Positions 52,091-58,407 of a DNA stretch of 58,407 nucleotides are shown here, in pieces. Location of the stretch: contig DAIDGT010000005.1 in assembly GCA_027459825.1 (NCBI GenBank), forward strand, positions 1 through 58,407, given 5' to 3'. The stretch is from a bacterium. GTDB lineage: Bacteria > Patescibacteriota > Dojkabacteria > JAKAPS01 > JAJZLI01. The first letter of the stretch is position 1. Each line of letters opens with the position of its first letter. The notes under the pieces are model-generated. The model did not search any database. It worked only from the letters and a program-made list of their open reading frames with translations, and had not been told where the DNA came from. Position numbers and translations under genes: made by a program.

Positions 52091-54109
52091 ATCTTTTGGG
52101 TTTGAGTCTATAGATGCTTTTTGGTATTTTGAAATACTCCTTATGAGTTCCCATGTATTTTTATTGAGTTCATTTTGGTATTTGATAATTACATTTACTC
52201 TATAATAAAATCTTATTTTATAAGGAATTGATTTAATAGGTTGGTATATTTGTATGTTTTGTGCCTTTTTTAATGAGATTATTATCTCTTTGGCTTTTTT
52301 TTCTAATAAATTTTCTTTTTTACTTTTTATTGTTATTTTGATAAATTTTGTAAATGGAGGGTTTTTGAATTTTTGTCTTAATTCAATTTCATTTTTGTAA
52401 AATTCCTGAAAATTTTCATCTACTGCTAGTTTTAAAACTTTATTTAATGGGTCATTTGTTTGGATTATTACCATTCCTTCTGTACTTTTACGCCTACCGC
52501 GTCCTATTATTTGTGTAATTAACTGGTATACCTTTTCTGTAGATCTGAAATCTGGTAATGAAAATTCTGTGTCTAGGAATATAATTCCTATAAGTCTGAT
52601 ATTGTCTATATCCCATCCTCTTGTAATTAACTTAGTTCCTATTATGATATCAATCTTTTTGTTGTTGATACTATTGTATATATCAAGGTTTTTTTTCTGT
52701 ACAGAATCTTTGTCTAGTATATATGTATTTACTTTATTATTAAAGATTTTTTTTATTTCTTTATCAATCATCTGTGTCCCTATGCCAGAATATTTTAGCA
52801 GTTTGTTTTTGCATATGGGGCATATTGTAATTGTGTTTTTTGTATATTCGCAGTGATGGCATTTTAAACTATATTTGTCTTTTCCTTTTATATACTCTGT
52901 TATATGTGATACTAATGGTATGTTGCACCTCGGACACCTTTCTATGTATCCACATTTGTTGCATATTATTATTGGTGCATATCCTCTCCTGTTTACATAT
53001 AATATTATTTTTTTCTTTTGTTTTTTTGTAGATATTATTTCCTTTTTTAATTCTTCTGAGATTATTTCTTTGTAATTACCTTCTTTTTTTAGGTCAACTA
53101 TGTTGACTTGGAAGTTTTTCTTATCATAATTTTTACTATATTGATGTATTCTTTTATTTAATGTCAATATTTTGTATGTATTGTCATTATTAGCATTAAA
53201 ATATTCTTCTATGGTTGGTGTTGCACTTCCTAGTATTAATTTTGTATTGTTGTTAGAATTGTTTATTATGAATTTTGCAATATCTATTGTATTGTATTTG
53301 GGGTCTTTTTCTTGCTTGTAGGTATCATCTTGAAACTCGTCTATTATTATTGTTCCTAGGTTATTAAATCTGGAAAAAATTGATGATCTTGCTCCTATTA
53401 TTATCATTTTCTTCTTTTTTCTTATAAGATTGTTTTCCAAGCATTTTTGTTTTTTAGATATCTTACTGTGTATTGTTGCTATTATATTTTCATTGAAATT
53501 TTCCTTTATAATAGTATATATTTGAGATGTAATTGCTATATCTGGTAGTAGTATTAATACCTGTTGTCCGTTTTCTATAGAGTTTTTTATTGTTTCTATA
53601 TACACTTGAGTTTTTCCTGATCCTGTTTTTCCAAATAGTAAAAATTTATTATATTTTTTATCTTTTTGAATAATATTTTGGATAGCAATTTTTTGTTCCT
53701 TTGTTAATTTTATAGGGTCTATGTTTTTTGTGTATTCGTTATTTTTAATTATATTGTTGTTGTCTTTGATTTTATTTGTTAAATAAATGTTTATTGCATT
53801 TGGTATCATTGAGAAGTATTCTTTGATAATATGCTTTATAATTTTTAATTCTGTAATGTTTAATTTTATATATTCGTTATTTGTACTATCTTTTATAATA
53901 TTTTTTATTTCAAATCCTATATTATTATTATTATTATTATTGGATAGAATATCTACTACTATCCCTAATGCTTTTTTTTTTCCCAAAGGAACAGTTATTA
54001 CTTCTCCTATTTTTAATTGCTTGTCTGTTTTATATATTAAAGGATTTTTGATATTTGGATTACCATTATGCATTACTTTAATTATAATTTCGTTTGTTTT
54101 GGTTTCCAT
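52082..54109 (-). CDS. priA: Primosomal helicase PriA
   Basis: LLFGKTGSGKTQVY, IGARS, LGSATP, NRRGY, eight-Cys zinc region, PDFRSTE, PPF. Confidence 0.93.
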   Translation of the reverse strand: METKTNEIIIKVMHNGNPNIKNPLIYKTDKQLKIGEVITVPLGKKKALGIVVDILSNNNNNNNIGFEIKNIIKDSTNNEYIKLNITELKIIKHIIKEYFSMIPNAINIYLTNKIKDNNNIIKNNEYTKNIDPIKLTKEQKIAIQNIIQKDKKYNKFLLFGKTGSGKTQVYIETIKNSIENGQQVLILLPDIAITSQIYTIIKENFNENIIATIHSKISKKQKCLENNLIRKKKKMIIIGARSSIFSRFNNLGTIIIDEFQDDTYKQEKDPKYNTIDIAKFIINNSNNNTKLILGSATPTIEEYFNANNDNTYKILTLNKRIHQYSKNYDKKNFQVNIVDLKKEGNYKEIISEELKKEIISTKKQKKKIILYVNRRGYAPIIICNKCGYIERCPRCNIPLVSHITEYIKGKDKYSLKCHHCEYTKNTITICPICKNKLLKYSGIGTQMIDKEIKKIFNNKVNTYILDKDSVQKKNLDIYNSINNKKIDIIIGTKLITRGWDIDNIRLIGIIFLDTEFSLPDFRSTEKVYQLITQIIGRGRRKSTEGMVIIQTNDPLNKVLKLAVDENFQEFYKNEIELRQKFKNPPFTKFIKITIKSKKENLLEKKAKEIIISLKKAQNIQIYQPIKSIPYKIRFYYRVNVIIKYQNELNKNTWELIRSISKYQKASIDSNPKDLF

Positions 54110-54154
54110 TTAATGTTAAAATTATCTCCAGTATTTTAATCTTTTGTTTTGATT

Positions 54155-55213
54155 ATGTCACTTTCAGATTTTTTTTGGAATATATTTACTTATGATGTTG
54201 GTATCGATTTGGGTACTGCTAATACTCTTGTATGTATAAAAGGTCATGGTATTGTAATTTCTGAACCTTCTGTTGTTGCTATTAATGTAAATAATCAGTC
54301 AGTTTTTGCAGTTGGCTTGGAGGCCCAAAAGATGTTAGGAAAAACTCCCGCATCGTTGGTTGCAATTAGACCATTAAAGGATGGTGTTATTTCAGATTTT
54401 GACGCAACTAGAGAAATGATTAGGTATTTTATTGATAAAGTACATAAAAGTACTAGTAAACATCTTAAAGTTCCTAGACCAAGGATTGTTATTGGTGTTC
54501 CTTCTTCCATTACTGATGTTGAACGTAAAGCGGTTATTGATGCTGCTTTTTCTGCAGGGGCTAGAAAGGTATATTTAATGGAAGAACCTATGGCTGCCGC
54601 TATAGGTATTGGTTTACCAGTTACAGATGCACAAGGGTCCATGATTGTTGATATTGGTGGAGGTACTTCTGATATTGCAGTTATATCTTTAGGTTCTATC
54701 GTAGTTGATAAATCAATTCGTATTGCAGGTGATGAAATGAATCAGGATATAGTTAATTATATAAGATCTAAGTACAATTTATTAATTGGAGAAAGGTCTG
54801 CAGAGGAAATTAAGTTGAAGTTGGGTTCTGCTTATCCTAGAAAAGAAAATAAAAATATGGAAATAAAAGGAAGGGATATTTTGTTGGGATTGCCTAAAGT
54901 TATTAATATTTCAGAAGTTGAGATAAGAGAAGCTATTATGAATTCTTTAAATCTTATTATTGAGGCAATTTCCGATGCATTAGAAGAAACTCCACCTGAA
55001 TTGATTTCTGATATTTCAGATAAGGGTTTATATTTAACTGGTGGAGGTGCATTAATTCCTGGTATCGATCATTTATTTACTGATAAATTGAAAGTAAAGG
55101 TTAATATCCCGGATGATGCTTTATCTAGTGTTGTTTTTGGTACCATGAATGTTTTAGACGATATTAGTTTATTAGATAAAGTTTCCAAATCAGACACAGA
55201 TGAATACTTTTAA
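54155..55213 (+). CDS. mreB: Rod shape-determining protein MreB
   Basis: GIDLGTANT, EPSVVA, RPLKDGVI, EEPMAAAIG, DIGGGT, LTGGGA. Confidence 0.97.
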   Translation: MSLSDFFWNIFTYDVGIDLGTANTLVCIKGHGIVISEPSVVAINVNNQSVFAVGLEAQKMLGKTPASLVAIRPLKDGVISDFDATREMIRYFIDKVHKSTSKHLKVPRPRIVIGVPSSITDVERKAVIDAAFSAGARKVYLMEEPMAAAIGIGLPVTDAQGSMIVDIGGGTSDIAVISLGSIVVDKSIRIAGDEMNQDIVNYIRSKYNLLIGERSAEEIKLKLGSAYPRKENKNMEIKGRDILLGLPKVINISEVEIREAIMNSLNLIIEAISDALEETPPELISDISDKGLYLTGGGALIPGIDHLFTDKLKVKVNIPDDALSSVVFGTMNVLDDISLLDKVSKSDTDEYF

Positions 55214-55219
55214 ATTAAT

Positions 55220-56053
55220 ATGCGATCTCAATATTTCAGAACACAGAAAGGGTATAAGAAATATTCTTTAAATAAAATAAGGCCAGTGTATGTGTTAACA
55301 GCTTTGGCCTTAGTTTTAATTGTAATTAGTGGTTTTTTAGGTATATTTTATAATTTTTTTGGAGGGATATTTATTCCAATAAAAAGGGGATCATTTGTGT
55401 TATCGAATGATATTTCAAGTTTTTTTAGGGGATTTGGTGAATTAAGTAATCTTTCTAATGCAAATTATCTACTTAAGGAAAAAAATTTAATTTTAGAGGG
55501 TAAATTGAGTGATCTTCAAAAAACAAAAGAAGAAAACCTAGTTTTGAAGGAACAATTAGATACAAATTATAAACCTAATACATATAATTTGATTTTAACC
55601 CAAATAATGTATTATGGTCCCACAAACACATTTGGGTTTATTTATATAGGAGATGGAAAGAAGGAAGGTATAAAATCAGGTGATGCTGTTATATTAGGGG
55701 ACTATCTTATTGGTGTTGTCTCCAAAGTATTAAATGGTTATTCAAAAGTTATACTAGTTTCAAATATAAATTTACACTTACCCGTATACCTTTTAGGAAC
55801 ACATACTAATGCTATTGCAACAGGTAGTGTATCTTCGTCTATAACTTTGGAGGATGTAAATCAATTAGAGTCAATTAAGGTAGGGGAAGAAGTTTTAACT
55901 TCTGGTATTAATAGTAATATTCCTAAGAACCTAATAGTTGGATATGTTTCTAATGTTAATCAAAATGGTAGTAATGTTTTTAAAAATATTAAGGTTAATC
56001 CTTCTGTTAATATTAATACATTAAAGTATTTGTTTGTAGTTTTAAGTAAATGA
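55220..56053 (+). CDS. mreC: Rod shape-determining protein MreC
   Basis: TM, coiled coil (EENLVLKEQL), GKKEGIKSG, VLTSG...PKNLIVG; follows mreB. Confidence 0.9.
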   Translation: MRSQYFRTQKGYKKYSLNKIRPVYVLTALALVLIVISGFLGIFYNFFGGIFIPIKRGSFVLSNDISSFFRGFGELSNLSNANYLLKEKNLILEGKLSDLQKTKEENLVLKEQLDTNYKPNTYNLILTQIMYYGPTNTFGFIYIGDGKKEGIKSGDAVILGDYLIGVVSKVLNGYSKVILVSNINLHLPVYLLGTHTNAIATGSVSSSITLEDVNQLESIKVGEEVLTSGINSNIPKNLIVGYVSNVNQNGSNVFKNIKVNPSVNINTLKYLFVVLSK

Positions 56054-56547
56054 AAATAAATATTATTTTGATTATATTGACAATAATTATATTCGTTATT
56101 AGCAATACTGACTATCATTTGATATTTATCCTTTTATTTCTTTTTAATATAGTATTGTTATTGGAATTTATGTGTATGTGTTTTTCTGATAATTTTTCGT
56201 ATTTTGTCTTGTATTACTTATTTTTTTTCGCTTTGTTTTTTGATTTTACATATTTAAATAGAATAGGGTACTTGTCTTTTATATTATTAATTCCTGTAAC
56301 TGTATATTTTTTATTTAAACAGTACTTGAAGGAAGATATTGTCTATTTTATGTTCCTATTTTTAATCATTTTGTTTAATTTTCTTCTAATACTTTATTTT
56401 TATGGTAATTTGGATATATTTAGATTATTTTTACAAATTGATTTTTTTAGTATTTTTGTAAGTTTGTATGTTGTTGCCTTTTCGTTGCTTATTTATTGGT
56501 TATATAAGCAACAGTTATCTTTTGGTCGTCTTAAAATTGATATTTAA
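56050..56547 (+). CDS. mreD: Probable MreD
   Basis: 165-aa highly hydrophobic protein between mreC and mrdA; the call rests mainly on synteny. Confidence 0.6.
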   Translation: MKINIILIILTIIIFVISNTDYHLIFILLFLFNIVLLLEFMCMCFSDNFSYFVLYYLFFFALFFDFTYLNRIGYLSFILLIPVTVYFLFKQYLKEDIVYFMFLFLIILFNFLLILYFYGNLDIFRLFLQIDFFSIFVSLYVVAFSLLIYWLYKQQLSFGRLKIDI

Positions 56548-56549
56548 AT

Positions 56550-58407
56550 ATGGATAAATTTGAGATTAGAGATTTAAATAATATTCCGTGGGATAATGGT
56601 AATAATGCCTTTAATAAAGGATTTATTGCTAGGTTTTATGTATTTTTGATTGTACTGATAATGTTTATTATTATGTATTTTGCATCGAAATATTCCATAT
56701 TTGATTTTAATAAATATAGCACTTTGGCTTTGCAGAATAGATTGATAACCTCTCCTATAGTATCGGACAGAGGAATTATATTTGATAGTAATATGAGGCA
56801 ACTTTCATTTAATGTTCCTACTTTCCAGGTTTATTTGAGCTTGTCTAATTTAAATAATAAGAAAATTATTAATGATGAAAATATATTGTCAAATATATTG
56901 AATATTTCGAGTAATAAGATTAAAAAAGTTGTTCAATTTGGTATATCTCACGGAACTAATAATATTCTTATAGATAGCTCTGTTAGTTCATATAATGATG
57001 TTGTTATTAGTTCAAATAAGAGTCTTTATGGTGTTTATGTAAGTCAAAACTATTATATAAAGTTTGCATATAATTATTTATTTTCAAATGTTATTGGGTA
57101 TACTGGTCCAGTTACAGAGCAAGATATACTGAAAGATCAAAAATTAAATCCTTATGATATAGTAGGAAGATATGGGGTAGAAAGTTCTTTTAATAATTAC
57201 CTTATGGGTTCTGATGGTAAAGAAATTAGTGAAGTGAATACCTTAGGGAATGTTGTTGGTAATTATGGAGAAAAACCTGCTGTTCCTGGAGATAATATTG
57301 AATTAACAATTAATTCCGATATACAGAATAAATTAAGACAATTATTAGTTCAAAATATTTCTAAAAACCCTAACCATGTGACTGGTGCAGCTGCTGTAGT
57401 AGAAAATGTTAATAATGGTGATATATTAGGAATGGTGAGTTATCCTACATTCAATGCTAATGATTTTGAAGGTAGTGGTATTAGTTCTAAAGAATATTCT
57501 TCTTTGTTAAATAATCCTGATGACCCTTTGTTAAATAGGGCAATTTCTGAGGCTCAACCTATTGGGTCTATTATGAAGACCATATTGCTTGCGGGTGCTC
57601 TTCAAGAAAATGTTATTACACCTGCAACAGAAATACTTACATCAGGAACTTTAATGTATGATGGAACTTTGTTTCAGAATTATGACAAAATTAACTGGGG
57701 TCTTGTGGATGTTGTTAAAGATTTAAGATACTCAGTTGATGTTTTTGCATATGATGTTGCTATTAAATTGGGGATAACTGATTTTGTCAAATATGAAAAA
57801 CTTTTTGGTTTAGGTGCAAAAACAGGTATTGCTTTACCAGGAGAGGTTTCTGGTATAATTTCGGATCCGGCATCTAAAATGTTATTAACTGGAACACAAT
57901 GGTTGCCTGGTGATCTGTTAAATGCTTCAATTGGTCAAGGTTATACGGAAGCAACACCTTTACAAGTAGTTAATTTTATTAGTGCTATTGCTAATGGAGG
58001 GATTTTGTATAAACCTATGATTGTTAAATCTATTTTAAGTCCAAGTGGGCAAATAATAAAAAATTTTAATCCTGTTGTTATTAGAAAAGATTTTGTTTCT
58101 TCTTATAATTTAGGTGTTATCAAACAAGGGATGTATGAGGCTGTACAAAATGGTATTGATATTGCAGCTAAAAGTAATTTCACTATTAATGCAGGTAAAA
58201 GTGGTACTGCTCAGTTTGGAGTTGAGAGTGTTAATAATACGAATGATAGATATTCTCAGTCTCATTCATGGATGTCTTCTTTCGCTCCTTATAATAACCC
58301 TAAGATAGCTATTGTTGTATTTGAAGAGGATGGAGGGTTAAGCACATATTCCGCTGAAGTTGTAAAAAATTTTATGGATTGGTATTTTGGTGTATACTCA
58401 AAAAAAT
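56550..58407 (+). CDS. mrdA: Penicillin-binding protein 2 (3' end beyond the window; missing from the ORF track)
   Basis: ATG 56550; RGIIFDS, GSIMK (SxxK), YSVD (SxD) and AGKSGTAQ; frame checked at the start and near the end. Confidence 0.9.
   Translation, partial: MDKFEIRDLNNIPWDNGNNAFNKGFIARFYVFLIVLIMFIIMYFASKYSIFDFNKYSTLALQNRLITSPIVSDRGIIFDSNMRQLSFNVPTFQVYLSLSNLNNKKIINDENILSNILNISSNKIKKVVQFGISHGTNNILIDSSVSSYNDVVISSNKSLYGVYVSQNYYIKFAYNYLFSNVIGYTGPVTEQDILKDQKLNPYDIVGRYGVESSFNNYLMGSDGKEISEVNTLGNVVGNYGEKPAVPGDNIELTINSDIQNKLRQLLVQNISKNPNHVTGAAAVVENVNNGDILGMVSYPTFNANDFEGSGISSKEYSSLLNNPDDPLLNRAISEAQPIGSIMKTILLAGALQENVITPATEILTSGTLMYDGTLFQNYDKINWGLVDVVKDLRYSVDVFAYDVAIKLGITDFVKYEKLFGLGAKTGIALPGEVSGIISDPASKMLLTGTQWLPGDLLNASIGQGYTEATPLQVVNFISAIANGGILYKPMIVKSILSPSGQIIKNFNPVVIRKDFVSSYNLGVIKQGMYEAVQNGIDIAAKSNFTINAGKSGTAQFGVESVNNTNDRYSQSHSWMSSFAPYNNPKIAIVVFEEDGGLSTYSAEVVKNFMDWYFGVYSKK

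Noticed and set aside
53921-53941. (ATT)7 repeat giving poly-Asn in priA
   Set aside because: In-frame triplet repeat in a variable loop; expected in such AT-rich DNA and unable to switch frame.

Overview
This is a very AT-rich bacterial chromosome segment using genetic code 11, with most genes on the + strand. Gene content and divergent rRNA point to a Patescibacteria/CPR-type organism (inference). It is mostly core genome: murJ, groES-groEL, smpB, ftsH-polA-ATP-dependent ligase-mnmA, one complete rRNA operon (16S-Ile-Ala-23S-5S), rpsA, clpC, rho, ndk, a minus-strand tRNA-rpmG-secE-nusG-rplK-rplA-rplJ-rplL block, rpmB, priA and mreB-mreC-mreD-mrdA (mrdA truncated by the window end). There are ten tRNA genes, none encoding CCA. 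The most unusual items are: (1) six tandem VirB2/TrbC-type pilin-like genes translationally coupled to a UvrD-PD-(D/E)XK helicase-nuclease, near a membrane-anchored SbcCD-like pair, a SpoIID hydrolase and a lone VirD4/HerA-like ATPase; (2) a tRNA-Ile with a UAU anticodon and a non-canonical initiator tRNA; (3) two unannotated, promoter-driven rod-shaped candidate ncRNAs, one downstream of DnaA boxes; (4) a second MreB with degenerate ATPase motifs coupled to an O-antigen-ligase-like gene; (5) a surface-protein gene split at a T10 tract; and (6) a 33-aa basic microprotein. No CRISPR array, prophage or IS element was seen. All family assignments come from reading motifs by eye; no searches were run.
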